Source: Bacilli bacterium (GTDB lineage Bacteria > Bacillota > Bacilli > Paenibacillales > KCTC-25726). Taken from it: a stretch of DNA of 64,000 nucleotides. The position numbers were made by a program, and so were the translations under genes. This document shows positions 18,401-28,500 of this stretch, in pieces. The DNA lies in contig DASVDB010000108.1 in the NCBI GenBank assembly GCA_036381315.1, positions 22,104 to 86,103 of the forward strand, read 5' to 3'. Under the pieces are notes generated by a model that worked only from the letters and a program-made list of their open reading frames with translations, had not been told where the DNA came from and made no database searches. Each line of letters starts with the position of its first letter. Position 1 is the stretch's first letter.

Positions 18401-21400
18401 GATTCGCTTACCGTTGATAATGGCGTATACCCGGAATATCGCGGCGCGACGCTGCCTTATACGGTGTATGAAGCGGAACAAATGGCAAATACCGGAACCA
18501 TTCTTGCTCCGACCCGGGAATACAAACAGATTGCCGCGGAAGCTTCGGGAAGACAAGCGGTGCGTTTGGATGAAACCGGACAATATGTTGAATTTACGTT
18601 AAGCCGAAATGCCAACGCGCTCACCGTTCGCTACGCGCTTCCCGATTCCGCGGACGGAACCGGAATGGACGCTACGCTAGGCGTTTATGTGAATGGAAAA
18701 CGCGTGCAAAGCGCGAATCTGACTTCGCATTACGCCTGGGTGTATGGCGCGTATCCGTGGTCCAATAATCCCGCCGACGGCGATGCGCACCGCTTTTTCG
18801 ACGAGACGCGAATCTGGCTTGGCGATTTGCCGGCCGGAACGGTCATTCGTTTGCAAAAAGACGCGGATGATCCGGCGGATTACTATGTTATCGACAAAGT
18901 GGAAGCCGAACAGGCGGATGAAGCGTATACGGCTCCTACCGGCAGCATCTCCATCGCTGATTTCGGCGCGGTAGCGGGCGATGGCAAGGACGATACGGAT
19001 GCGCTGGTCGCGGCTGTCTCAAGGGCGGAGAAAACCGGCGAAATCGTCTGGATTCCCGCAGGTGTCTTTGACTTGAAGCAAGGCCCCGTCGAACTTCGCG
19101 GAGTAACCGTCCGCGGTGCCGGGGTATGGCATACGACCGTGCAAGGCGCCGGCTTCCTGGCCAAAGGCGGTGCAATTGGCTTGTACGACTTTACGATCGA
19201 CGGCGAAGTCACCGGCCGCCATGACGCTTTGCCGGAATCGGGCGTAGACGGGGTGTTCGGCCCAGGCTCGATTATTCAAAACATGTGGATCGAGCATGTG
19301 AAGGCGGGTATTTGGTCTGCGGAGCAGAACGACAGCGCCTTGGGCAAACTCGATACGGACGGCTTGTATGTGGTCGGCTGCCGCATTCGCAACACGTTTG
19401 CCGACGGTATAAACTTTGACGCCGGAACCATGCATTCAATGGTCGAGCAAACACAACTGCAAAATACGGGCGATGATGCGCTGGCGATGTGGTCGGACGG
19501 CGTCGCCACGGTTGGCAACACATTCCGCTTCAATACCGTACAGCTTCCTTGGCTCGCCAACAATGTCGCCATTTACGGCGGCAACGGCAACCGGGTAACC
19601 GATAATGTGATCGCCGATACGATCGCGTTCGGCGCGGGAATTACGGTAAGCACGCGGTTTAACCCTGCGCCGTTTGCCGGTACGACAGTGGTTAAGCGCA
19701 ATACGCTTGTGCGCGCCGGCGGCAGGGAATACAACTGGAATGCCGATTTTGGCGGCATCCTGATATTTGCCGGGGATATTGATTTAACCGGCGATGTGCA
19801 AATAGCGGATAACGATATTTTGGACAGCTCGAAACAGGGAATTTCTTTCCTCGGTGAAAAGAGCACATCCGGCGTAGTCTTTTCGCGTGATCTGGTGGAT
19901 GGAACCGGCACGTGGGGGATCAACGCGTCCGGCAATATTAAAGGAACCGCTGTTTTTGATCATGTGATCGTTCGCAACGTTCGGGTCGGCGAGCTGTTCA
20001 ACGGAACCGGCGGACGGATGATGTTATTGCCGCAAAACCAAGGATTTAATTTTGACCGGCAAGGGCTTCAGCTTATCCTGGGCAGCGTGACGGACGGTCC
20101 GTTTACGCTGATGGCCGGCGATCATGCCGCATCGGTTGTGACCGCGGTTTACAATGGCGCGCCGGTAAACGTAACGCCGCTTGTACAATGGCAGGTCGGC
20201 GATCCGTTAATCGCTGAAATCGCTGATAATGGCATCGTCCAGGCTGTTTCGCCGGGCAATACGGTCATAACGGCGGTTTACGGCGATACTTCCGCAACCT
20301 GGACGCTGCAAGTAACCGATCATCAGGCGCCTTACTGGCAAGCCGGCGCTCAATTGCAGGCAAATGTCCAGGGCAATACGGTGCAAGTTTCGTGGCCAAC
20401 CGCTTTGGATAACGGAGGCGTCGCGCGCTATCGGCTAAATTGGGGCGCGTCGTATGCTGTCGTTCCGGGCGATATCACTTCTTATACTATTCATAATTTA
20501 TCTTTCGGCAGCCCGTATTCCCTCGTGCTGGAAGCAATCGATCATGCCGGCAACTGGAGCGAATTGCCGCTAACGGCCGAAGTGCGCATTCCGGCAAATT
20601 CGGGCGGGATAGCGGAAACGCCAGGATCCAATGGGGAAGGTGCCATAAACGTGCAAAATTCCCCGCAAGGCGTCGTGATTGAGTTGCCGCCGCAGGAGAT
20701 GCCGGACGCAAATGCCGGGCAGGCGCTGACGGCCTATTCATTGCCTGGCGACGTATTGGAACAGGCGGTAGCCCAGCTGGAAAAATCGGGTAAAAACCAA
20801 ATCGTCCTCCGTGCGCCGTCAAATAGCGCTGCTGTGGAGGTTGCCATTCCCGCGACAGCGTTTGCGGCGGCGGCAAAACAAGCTGAGGGCGGCAGCGTCG
20901 TGGTTCAAAGCGCGAATGCAAGTTATATGTTGCCGTTTACAGCCGCAAGCTGGTTCACCGCTTCCGCGGATGATCAATGGGTGGTACAGATTTCACCGGT
21001 GGATGCGGCGGCGCAGTCCGCATTGCGGAAAACTGGCAATAACTTGTTGGCGCCGGCCGTGGAATTCCGTCTGGGGCTAAGAAATTCCAATCATACCCGG
21101 TGGCTCGACGATTTGCATGGGCACTATATTACCCGCACTTTGATATTGAACCGGCAAGTAGACGAAAACACCGCGGCTGCCGTGCGTTACGATCCGTCGG
21201 CAGGGCGTTTCAGCTATGTTCCCGCCGTATTTCGAACGGTGGATGGCAAGCCTGCGGCGATTATCCGCAGCCCGGGCAACAGCGTTTATACGGTAGTCGA
21301 CAATGAAACGGCATTTTCCGATATCGACAAGCATTGGGCGGAAAGCCGGATCCGGTGGTTAGCCAATCATTTCATTATTTCCGGCTATGCTGACGGGAAA

Positions 21401-21883
21401 TTCGCTCCGAAGGCCAATGTTACGCGCGCGGAATTCGCCGGAATGCTCGTCAGGGCGCTGGGATTGAGCGGCCGATCGTACGGCGAATCATTCAAGGACG
21501 TGCATGCGGGCGACTGGTTTGCTTCCGACCTGGGTGCAGCCAAAGCGGTCGGGTTGATTTCCGGCTACGCCGACGGCACGTTCCGGCCCAACCAACCGAT
21601 TACGCGCGAAGAAAGCGTCGTTTTATTGCTGCGCGCTTTCCATCTGTTGGCCGCTCAAGCGGAGGATGTTCCAGGTGTGGATTTGAATGTGCTAAATTCG
21701 TTCCGTGATGATGGGCAGGTTGCAGCTTGGGCGCGGGAAGATCTCGCCCGGGCCGTGCAAATAGGCCTGATCCATGGCGATTCCGGACGCTTGCTGCCGC
21801 AGCAAAGTACGACGCGCGCGGAAGCCGCCGTAATGATTTACGGCGTTATTCAACAAACGTCTTCCGCCGATTTGTTCCGATAA
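15425..21883 (+). CDS. giant secreted, SLH-anchored GH87-like alpha-1,3-glucanase/mycodextranase. Domains: 6 beta-trefoil modules, CBM6/35-like, beta-sandwich plus beta-helix catalytic region, Big_2, FN3, 3 SLH
   Basis: Start set to ATG 15425 (signal peptide MIKRLVKTVSVLLVCLLLIP). The ORF-track start at 15254 overlaps the GH31 gene. Six ~133-aa repeats each carry three QxW-like motifs. CBM6/35-like module: YEAEEAFISGGAVVATDQKGFTGDGYV ... INTITLD. Catalytic region: DFGAVAGDGKDDTDALVAAV, RGAGVWHT, ADGINFD ... NTGDDALAMWS. C-terminal SLH triplet: FSDIDKHWAESRIRWLANHFIISGYADGKFAP and two further copies. Confidence 0.75.
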   Translation: MIKRLVKTVSVLLVCLLLIPQLPILPGVFGGNGGVVYAESAAGPTNGVYVRLKNSYTGAYLFERDGKVQYGHPEETDFTSQWLVEDHGTYQRLQNRATGHYMTMEHVVSFGDPLESLDVADDDLFAEWHVLDAVTPGLKVIQSATNPELYIHVQDNTGYAQSSKIPPDWGTPQWAFEPVADYVQIKNSYTGKYLFEQDGKVLYGDPDPADPASHWLIESFDGNERIKNRATGHYMTMEHVVSFGDPLESLDVADDDLFAEWHVLDAVTPGLKVIQSVTNPEIYIHVQDNTGYAQSSKIPPEWGTPQWQLLVVNVDYPFNEGGKDDGPAYIRIKNDYLGLYMYEDDGIVRYGNVRADDQTGHWLIENEDGVQRIKNRATGHYLSIADVASDKVAVKAVDAPESAQTEQWIIDNLDTAGVKLIRNVAYDDQYLHVEKQLGFVQFGVIPPEWGSPKWDFIEVNDAAIPHYVRLKNQFTGQYLYADDGKVMYGNPDLNDARSHWLIADFNGNKRIQNRANGCFMTNEHVTSYMDPLECIPVEDSWASAQWTMRDAATPGDVVFANVWHPEQVIHVEDQLSFAQSSSIPENWGSAQWTKEDAPADLPVTIPDGFVHIVNAQSGALLYENAHGIVQYGNPAASDPNAQWKVVPNGAYITLQNRGTNHFMSLRNHEAFVESLAISDIQDTEQWQLESAPASGKVLFRSVSQPEQYLHISSGAGFAEVGLRSIESAAVQWTFEPAADEIVLPEPGAGGTQMDTAVFAEANPVRLHSRVNGSLLYETNGTAAVGNPVDPAAAEWVIQHKNAHVQLINPSSGEPLTVSGQNEWALRQQGDWIALFSVSQPDAQVYADGATLRLGTPNEANAGQWLREVMSGTAVYEAEEAFISGGAVVATDQKGFTGDGYVDNLTAANARVIFAVNAQSAGAYRIHLRYANGSGLTAGLKLRVNGLNEQQLWLDSTGGWDAWGLAQADVTLRKGINTITLDHASGISEHVSVDSLTVDNGVYPEYRGATLPYTVYEAEQMANTGTILAPTREYKQIAAEASGRQAVRLDETGQYVEFTLSRNANALTVRYALPDSADGTGMDATLGVYVNGKRVQSANLTSHYAWVYGAYPWSNNPADGDAHRFFDETRIWLGDLPAGTVIRLQKDADDPADYYVIDKVEAEQADEAYTAPTGSISIADFGAVAGDGKDDTDALVAAVSRAEKTGEIVWIPAGVFDLKQGPVELRGVTVRGAGVWHTTVQGAGFLAKGGAIGLYDFTIDGEVTGRHDALPESGVDGVFGPGSIIQNMWIEHVKAGIWSAEQNDSALGKLDTDGLYVVGCRIRNTFADGINFDAGTMHSMVEQTQLQNTGDDALAMWSDGVATVGNTFRFNTVQLPWLANNVAIYGGNGNRVTDNVIADTIAFGAGITVSTRFNPAPFAGTTVVKRNTLVRAGGREYNWNADFGGILIFAGDIDLTGDVQIADNDILDSSKQGISFLGEKSTSGVVFSRDLVDGTGTWGINASGNIKGTAVFDHVIVRNVRVGELFNGTGGRMMLLPQNQGFNFDRQGLQLILGSVTDGPFTLMAGDHAASVVTAVYNGAPVNVTPLVQWQVGDPLIAEIADNGIVQAVSPGNTVITAVYGDTSATWTLQVTDHQAPYWQAGAQLQANVQGNTVQVSWPTALDNGGVARYRLNWGASYAVVPGDITSYTIHNLSFGSPYSLVLEAIDHAGNWSELPLTAEVRIPANSGGIAETPGSNGEGAINVQNSPQGVVIELPPQEMPDANAGQALTAYSLPGDVLEQAVAQLEKSGKNQIVLRAPSNSAAVEVAIPATAFAAAAKQAEGGSVVVQSANASYMLPFTAASWFTASADDQWVVQISPVDAAAQSALRKTGNNLLAPAVEFRLGLRNSNHTRWLDDLHGHYITRTLILNRQVDENTAAAVRYDPSAGRFSYVPAVFRTVDGKPAAIIRSPGNSVYTVVDNETAFSDIDKHWAESRIRWLANHFIISGYADGKFAPKANVTRAEFAGMLVRALGLSGRSYGESFKDVHAGDWFASDLGAAKAVGLISGYADGTFRPNQPITREESVVLLLRAFHLLAAQAEDVPGVDLNVLNSFRDDGQVAAWAREDLARAVQIGLIHGDSGRLLPQQSTTRAEAAVMIYGVIQQTSSADLFR
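15707..15946 (+). repeat. near-identical 240-nt direct repeat, copy 1 (second half of trefoil module 1)
   Basis: aaccgcgccaccggccattacatgacgatggagcatgt ... ggggtacgccgcagtgg recurs 399 nt downstream with only about a dozen substitutions. Confidence 0.9.
16106..16345 (+). repeat. near-identical 240-nt direct repeat, copy 2 (second half of trefoil module 2)
   Basis: See copy 1. The encoded peptides NRATGHYMTMEHVVSFGDPLESLDVADDDLFAEWHVLDAVTPGLKVIQS are identical in both copies. Confidence 0.9.
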
Positions 21884-21892
21884 AATCAAGAT

Positions 21893-21922
21893 GAGGCCGT
21901 GCGCTTTTGGCCGTACGGCCTC
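21893..21922 (+). terminator. weak hairpin (possible partial terminator) after the first GH87 gene
   Basis: Arms gaggccgtgcg / cgtacggcctc (11 bp, one G-U pair) with an 8-nt loop. No T-run follows, so efficiency is doubtful. Confidence 0.35.
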
Positions 21923-21997
21923 AAACTGCTGGCAAAACGCCATGCCCGCGAATGCCCGCGTGCCGATTCCCAAAATAAAAAGGCAAGGAGTGTTAAC

Positions 21998-24900
21998 ATG
22001 ACGAAGAAAAGCATTTTATTTGTCAAAAATAAACTGGCGATTTGTCTGTTAATTTTCTCAATCGTCTTCGTACAATTGTCCTTGGGCGGTTCCGTCTATG
22101 CGGCTACATATGAAGCCGAGGCCGCCAGCTTATCGGGAGGCGCTTTTGTTGCGACAGACCATACAGGTTATTCCGGCACCGGATTTGCGGCCGGTTTCAT
22201 CGATGTCAACAAAGGAAATGCCGCCGCGCAATTCATGGTGAACGCCGCTTCCGCAGGCAGCTATGATATTACGTTACGATATGCGAATGGCACCGGCAGC
22301 GCAAAAACATTAAGTTTATATTTGAACGGAACAAAAGTAAAACAAATTTCCCTTCCGGCAACAGCCAACTGGGATAGTTGGAGCACGCGAGTCGATACGG
22401 TCAATCTGGTTTCCGGCACCAATACGATCAAATATAAATTTGATTCAACCGATTCCGGAAACGTAAATTTGGATAAAATCGATGTAAACAAGACGCCTGT
22501 TCCCCCGGAAGGGCAATATGAAGCTGAAGCCGCCGAATTAACGGGAGGCGCCGTCGTCGCTTCCGATCATGCCGGCTATACCGGGACCGGGTTTGTAGGC
22601 GGTTTCACCGATGCCAACAAAGGCAGCGCGCAAGCCAAGTTCACGGTCAATGCCGCAGCAGCGGGCAATTATAACGTCGCTTTACGCTATGCGAACGCTT
22701 CCGGGATCACGCAAACCATTAGCATTTACGTAAATAATGTGAAGATCAAGCAAATATCCCTGGCCAATTTGGCGAATTGGGATACATGGAGCACGCAAGA
22801 TGAGACGGTGACGTTAAATGCCGGGACCAATACAATCGCTTACAAATACGATACAACCGATTCGGGCAATGTGAATTTGGACAATATTGTGCTCATGCCA
22901 TTATCTGCGACGCCAACGCCCACACCGACGCCCACCCCAACTCCGTCCGGCGCTTATGAAGCGGAAAACGCCGCTTTGTCGGGTGGAGCCGTCGTGGCTT
23001 CCGACCATACCGGCTATACCGGGACCGGGTTTGTCGCCGGTTTCACAGATACGAATAAAGGCACTGCCCAGGTAAAATTCACCGTTGCAGTGTCGAACTC
23101 CTGCAATGCGGATGTAGTGCTGCGTTATGCGAACGGCACCACGATTTCCCAGACGTTAAGCATTTACGTGAATGGCGTAAAATTACGACAAATTACGCTA
23201 TCCCCAACCGCAAGTTGGAATGATTGGACGACGAAAACGGATGTGTTATACCTGAATAACGGCAGCAACACGATTGCCTATAAATTTGACGCAACCGATT
23301 CGGGCAATGTGAATTTGGACAACATCTTTGTGAACACGCCGGTGCCTACCCCAACCCCGACGCCAACGCCGACACCGGAGCCTGCCAATACGTATCAGGC
23401 GGAAGACCAGTTTTACTCCGGCGGGGTAACGAATGCCGGAACTTTTTTGCAGAACTTTTCGTCTGTCGGCGCGCGCGTTATTTTCACAGTCAACTCCGGC
23501 ACGGCGGGCAACGTAAATGTCGGTTTGAACTACGCGAACGCAACGGGAAGCAATAAAACTTTGAATGTTTATGTGAACGGACTATACGCATTAACGACAA
23601 CGCTTGCCGATACCGGCGGTGCGACAACATGGGCCGTAAAGAATGAAACGCTGAATTTGCGCAAGGGGATCAATACGATTTCCTATCGGTTTGACAGCGG
23701 CAACAGCGGCAATGTCAATATCGATTCCGTATCTGTAGCCGGTGGCCTGTCGTTGTCTCCTCGCGGCGCAACTCTTGCTTATCAAGAATATGAAGCGGAA
23801 AACGGCGTAACCAACGGTACGGTCATTGCGCCCGACAGAACGTTTGGAACTGTCGCCGCCGAATCTTCCGGCAGAAGCGCCGTAACTTTAAACGCAACGG
23901 GCCAATACGTGCAATTCACCGCAAGCCAGGCGGCCAATTCACTTGTTGTCCGTTACAGTATGCCGGATTCCGCTGCCGGCGGCGGCCTTGAAAAAACGTT
24001 GAGTCTGTATGTAAACGGCACGAAAACAAACACATTAAATCTCAGTTCCAAATATGCCTGGACTTACGGAGCCTATCCGTATAACGATAACCCGGCAAAC
24101 GGCAGCCCGCACCATTTCTATGATGAGAGCCGTTTCTTGGTAAATATCCCGGCCGGGGCAACGGTCAAATTACAGAAAGATTCCGGCGATACCGCGGCTT
24201 ACTATACGATTGACCTGATTGACCTGGAACAAATTGATTCTCCTTATTCCAAGCCGGCAAACTTTATCGATATTACATTAGCCCCCTACTACGCGGTGGG
24301 AAACGGGTCAACAGACAACACCGCCGCGATTCAAAATGCGATTAACGATGCGAAAGCGCAAGGGAAAGGAGTATGGATTCCCGAAGGAACGTTTGTGATT
24401 AGCGGCAGGTTGAACGTGGATCATGTCCAGGTTCGCGGCGCCGGCATGTGGTACTCGAAGCTGAAAGGCGTTGGCGGCAAGGGAGGATTTTTCGGCCAGG
24501 GAAGCAATGTGACGATTGCCGACCTGGCAATCGAAAGTGATTCCACCTACCGGAACGATGCCGGCGACAATGCGGGCATTGAAGGAAATTTCGGTACAGG
24601 ATCACTCATTCAAAATGTATGGATTGAACATATGAAAGTCGGCTTCTGGATTTCCGCGGGAACGAATGGCCTTTATATTGTAAACGGTAAAGTTCGCGAT
24701 ACTTGGGCGGATGGGGTTAATTTCGCCGGCGGCGTGCTCAATTCGACAATAAGTCACTTTAATATCCGCAATACCGGCGATGATGCGTTTGCCATGTGGT
24801 CGAACGGCAGCGCCAACGTGAACGACACGTTCCGTTACAACACCGCGCAGCTCCCGTGTTTGGCCAATACGTTTGCGATCTACGGCGGCCAGGACAACAA

Positions 24901-25351
24901 AATTATTGACAACATCGGCGCGGATACCGTTACCGCATCCGCAGGCATCACCATCAGCAATCGTTTTGGCGCAACCACCTTTACGGGGACAACAGAGGTG
25001 CTACGAAACACGCTGAATCGCACAGGCGGCTGGGAACCCAACTGGAACACCAGCTTTGGCGGATTGTGGATTTATGCGGAAAACACCGGCATTCCCGCTC
25101 CCATTGTTGTCGATACGCTGGCTATTAACGACAGCACGTATGACGGCATCAAGCTCAGTTACAATCAAAACATCAGCAGCACCAGTTTCAATAACGTGCA
25201 AATTAACAAAGCGGGCGGTTACGGCTTGTATTTCGACGGCGTAACCGGAACGGGCACTTTCAGCAATGTAACAGTTACGAACGCGGCTGCGGGCGGACTC
25301 TATAACAGCACCTATACGATTAACCGGGGCGCCGGCAACAGCGGATGGTAA
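21998..25351 (+). CDS. secreted GH87-like alpha-1,3-glucanase/mycodextranase with four CBM6/35-like modules and Thr-Pro linkers
   Basis: Start ATG 21998 (AAGGAG 7 nt upstream; signal peptide MTKKSILFVKNKLAICLLIFSIVFVQL). Four ~125-aa YEAE...GYTGTGF...RYANG...NTI.YK.D..DSGNVNLD modules are separated by TPTPTPTP linkers. The catalytic region is collinear with the upstream gene: YEAENG..SGRSAV, NGSTDNTAAIQNAI, RGAGMWYS, ADGVNFAG ... NTGDDAFAMWS. No SLH domains. Confidence 0.75.
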   Translation: MTKKSILFVKNKLAICLLIFSIVFVQLSLGGSVYAATYEAEAASLSGGAFVATDHTGYSGTGFAAGFIDVNKGNAAAQFMVNAASAGSYDITLRYANGTGSAKTLSLYLNGTKVKQISLPATANWDSWSTRVDTVNLVSGTNTIKYKFDSTDSGNVNLDKIDVNKTPVPPEGQYEAEAAELTGGAVVASDHAGYTGTGFVGGFTDANKGSAQAKFTVNAAAAGNYNVALRYANASGITQTISIYVNNVKIKQISLANLANWDTWSTQDETVTLNAGTNTIAYKYDTTDSGNVNLDNIVLMPLSATPTPTPTPTPTPSGAYEAENAALSGGAVVASDHTGYTGTGFVAGFTDTNKGTAQVKFTVAVSNSCNADVVLRYANGTTISQTLSIYVNGVKLRQITLSPTASWNDWTTKTDVLYLNNGSNTIAYKFDATDSGNVNLDNIFVNTPVPTPTPTPTPTPEPANTYQAEDQFYSGGVTNAGTFLQNFSSVGARVIFTVNSGTAGNVNVGLNYANATGSNKTLNVYVNGLYALTTTLADTGGATTWAVKNETLNLRKGINTISYRFDSGNSGNVNIDSVSVAGGLSLSPRGATLAYQEYEAENGVTNGTVIAPDRTFGTVAAESSGRSAVTLNATGQYVQFTASQAANSLVVRYSMPDSAAGGGLEKTLSLYVNGTKTNTLNLSSKYAWTYGAYPYNDNPANGSPHHFYDESRFLVNIPAGATVKLQKDSGDTAAYYTIDLIDLEQIDSPYSKPANFIDITLAPYYAVGNGSTDNTAAIQNAINDAKAQGKGVWIPEGTFVISGRLNVDHVQVRGAGMWYSKLKGVGGKGGFFGQGSNVTIADLAIESDSTYRNDAGDNAGIEGNFGTGSLIQNVWIEHMKVGFWISAGTNGLYIVNGKVRDTWADGVNFAGGVLNSTISHFNIRNTGDDAFAMWSNGSANVNDTFRYNTAQLPCLANTFAIYGGQDNKIIDNIGADTVTASAGITISNRFGATTFTGTTEVLRNTLNRTGGWEPNWNTSFGGLWIYAENTGIPAPIVVDTLAINDSTYDGIKLSYNQNISSTSFNNVQINKAGGYGLYFDGVTGTGTFSNVTVTNAAAGGLYNSTYTINRGAGNSGW

Positions 25352-25403
25352 CACAGGAATAATCTTGTTTTAAAAGATTTGTAATCCAAAGTCGGGAAAT
25401 GTG

Positions 25404-25445
25404 AAAACGGCGGGGATAAATGCGGTTTATCCTCGCCGTTTTTTG
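25404..25445 (+). terminator. Rho-independent terminator after the second GH87 gene
   Basis: Arms aaaacggcggggataaa / tttatcctcgccgtttt (one G-U pair) with a 5-nt loop and a T-run. Confidence 0.7.
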
Positions 25446-25539
25446 CATTGGAAAAGTAAAGATATGAGATGAAGATTATAGAAGTAATACCTGTGAAATG
25501 GTTAAATAGATGGTAATCTATAGGAAAGGAGTCCAACAT

Positions 25540-28500
25540 GTGCGAAATAACAAAAGGTTGATTGCGTTTTTTGTGTCTTTATTGCTGGTTTTTTCGCTCG
25601 TGCCCGTGTCCGCTTTCGCCGCTGACGAGACGGCGGGGATGATCAATATTGCGAGCGACTGGCAAGGCAGTGTGTTTGGCGATGTCGGCGGGCAGGACAA
25701 GATCAACGCGGAAAACTTCAGCATTGTTGAAAGCGCTGCCAACGGTTTTGTCACCATAAGCAGTCGGAATGATCGGGGGAAAATAGCCAGCGGTTCGGAG
25801 GGTATCGCGTATTATTACAAGCAAATTTCCCCGTCTGCAAATTTTCAACTGTCAGCCACCGCCCATGTCGATGCCTGGAAGGCAAATAACCAGGTATCGT
25901 TCGGAATTATGCTGCGCAGCAACGTGCTGCAAAATGAAAGTGCGAGCTTCACCGGCGATTATGTGGCGGTCGGCGCTTTGGACCAGGTTATGAAAGGGTT
26001 CACCAAAGCGGATGGAAAGCAGGTTAAAACAGGTTTTGAATTTTCCTCGGCCAGTATTCCCGGCAAGGACGAGCAGTATAGCCTGAGCATTAAAAAGTCG
26101 GGCAATTTGTACTTGATCAGGGTCGGAGACGAAACAAAAGTGATTGAAAGCGACAGCGCTCTGGCCTATGTCGGCCTGTTTACCGCGCGGAATACGACCG
26201 TGACATATAGCGACGTCAAATTAACGATGGAGCCGGAAGTTCCGCTGGGCAGTTGGCAGTTCAGCGCGTTTGGCTCCAACACGGGCAGGTCCGGAGCTAC
26301 GCCGAAAAACCCTGATCCGGTTGTCAACGACGACGGTTCGGTCACCATCGCGGCCAATGGCGGCAAGATTTCTAGTTCTGTCGACGGTATCAGCTTCTAC
26401 TACAAAGAAATTCCCGCCACCGTATCCTTTGAAGTGTATGGAAAGGCGACCGTCAATTACTTCGGCGCCAACAATCAGGTTTCATTCGGCCTCATGTTGC
26501 GCGATGAGGTTGGCATTGATGGGGATACGAGCGGCCATACGGCGAATTATGTGGGTGTCGGCGGCCTTGACCAGATAATTGAAGGATTTTATAAGAATGG
26601 CTCGCAAACAAAACTTCCCATCCTAGATGCCGCTGTTCCCGCTGCAGGCGAAACATATGACTTCAGCATCAAAAAAATCGGCGATGCTTATATATATACC
26701 GTGAACGGGATTAGCAACACGATCGTTCAGGATGACATCTTTAGCGGCAGCATTTTTGCCGGTATTTATGTCGCACGGGATGCGGAAGTCACCTTCAGCG
26801 ATTTCGGGATCCGAACGGATGCCAGAGCGCCAAGCGTACTTAACCTGGATACGTCCGGGATGAAAACTGTTTATCTGGTTGGCGAGAGTCTTGATTTGAA
26901 CGGTTTGGTCGCAAAGGCGAAATATGCAGACGGCAGCGAGGAATATTTATTAAGCAATGAATATGCGGTGACGGGCTTTGACAGCAGCAGTGCCGGAACG
27001 AATACGATTACGCTGTATTTTAATGGGAAAACAGCGACGATCGACTTGCAAATTCTGCCGCTCACCGTTACGAATATGGCGATCAAATATTACCCGGCCA
27101 AAACGGATTATTATTTGGGAGATGTTTTTGACCCGCAAGGCTTGGTCGTGGTAGCCGATTACAATACTGGCGTCAGTGCGGAACTGACGGCGGACAAATA
27201 TGCTATTTCGATTGCAGACGCCACGGTGACCGGGGCGACATACACGTTTGACAGCCCGGGCGCAAAGACCGTACGGATCAATTCCCTGGAAACGCCGGGG
27301 ATGTCCGCAGCTTTTGAAGTTACGGTTCGAAATGCGGCGATCAGCGGACTGGAAATCAGACAAATGCCCGCAAAAACGCAATATTTTATCGGCGATCGGT
27401 TGGATCTTGCCGGTATGGTCGTTTATGCCCAATATAGCGACGGTTCGGAAACAAGATTGCTGCGCGGCGAGTATGCCGTTTCTCCGCTTGACAGCGCGAG
27501 TGCGGGGGACAAGGAAGTGACCGTTTCCTACAAAGGTTTGACGGCAACTTTCCACGTCAATGTGAAAGTGAAAAAAGCCGTGCGTATTGAAGTCACCCAA
27601 TACCCGAAAACGACCTATACGATTGGCGAAGGTTTTAACAGTTTGGGCCTCATTGTGTCAAAGGTATTTGACAACCAGGATAAAGAAACGCTAGCTGCCG
27701 GCACCGATTATTCGATCGACACGTCCGCGTTCGATAGAACAGCCCCCGGTGTTTATGATATTGTAATCAAACCCGCCGATCAGACGCTGTCCCCTATTAC
27801 ATTGCCGGTTACAGTGCGGGAAAAAGCCGAGTATGAATGGAAATGGACGCGATTCGGCCAATCAACGTCGAAAAGCAAAAATACGTTTGAAGATTTGGGC
27901 AGTGGCGTTTATCGTCTGACCGCCTTGGAGGGCGGCGGCAAAATTACCGGCGATCATGACGGAATAACGTTTTATTATACGGTGCTTGATGCCGTCAAAG
28001 ACAATTTTACGCTGTCGGCGGACATCAAAGTGATTGAGTATGCCAAAAGTCCGCAAGACGGTCAGGAATCGTTCGGAATAATGGCGAGAGACGCCATTGG
28101 CGTTGATGGCGATTCGTCTATATTTGCGTCCAATATCGCAGCCGTGGGCGGTTACAGCGGAGGAACCACCGCCGACAATGGCACGCAATTGTTTGTCAGA
28201 ACCGGTGTAACCACTCCGGACGGGGCTGGCAGCCAAGGCATTCAGAAAATCATGTTGAAAAACGAACGGCCGGCGCCCAACAACACTTATCCGAATGCCG
28301 AATACCGGCTTACATTGGCCAAAACGAACAGCGGCTTTATCGGAAGATTGAATGACGGGCTAATGCAACTCATTTTTACACCGGAAATTATGAATGTGCA
28401 GGACGGAAAAATGTATGTCGGATTTTATACCGCACGACTGGCGACCATCGAAGTCAGCAATATTGACTTTTCCGTAACAGCGGCGGAAACTGACGCTCCC

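Noticed and set aside
21923-21997. Sigma-54-like element (ctGGcaaaacgccatGCc) upstream of the second GH87 gene
   Set aside because: The GG-to-GC spacing is one nucleotide too long and the flanking consensus (TGGCAC/TTGCA) is poor. No enhancer-binding protein gene is nearby.
22908-23385. Tandem ACN-CCN DNA repeats at 22908-22946 and 23338-23385, considered as micro/minisatellites
   Set aside because: They are in frame and encode the Thr-Pro linkers (TPTPTPTPTPTP) between CBM modules of the second GH87-like protein. They are coding low-complexity sequence, not independent repeat elements.
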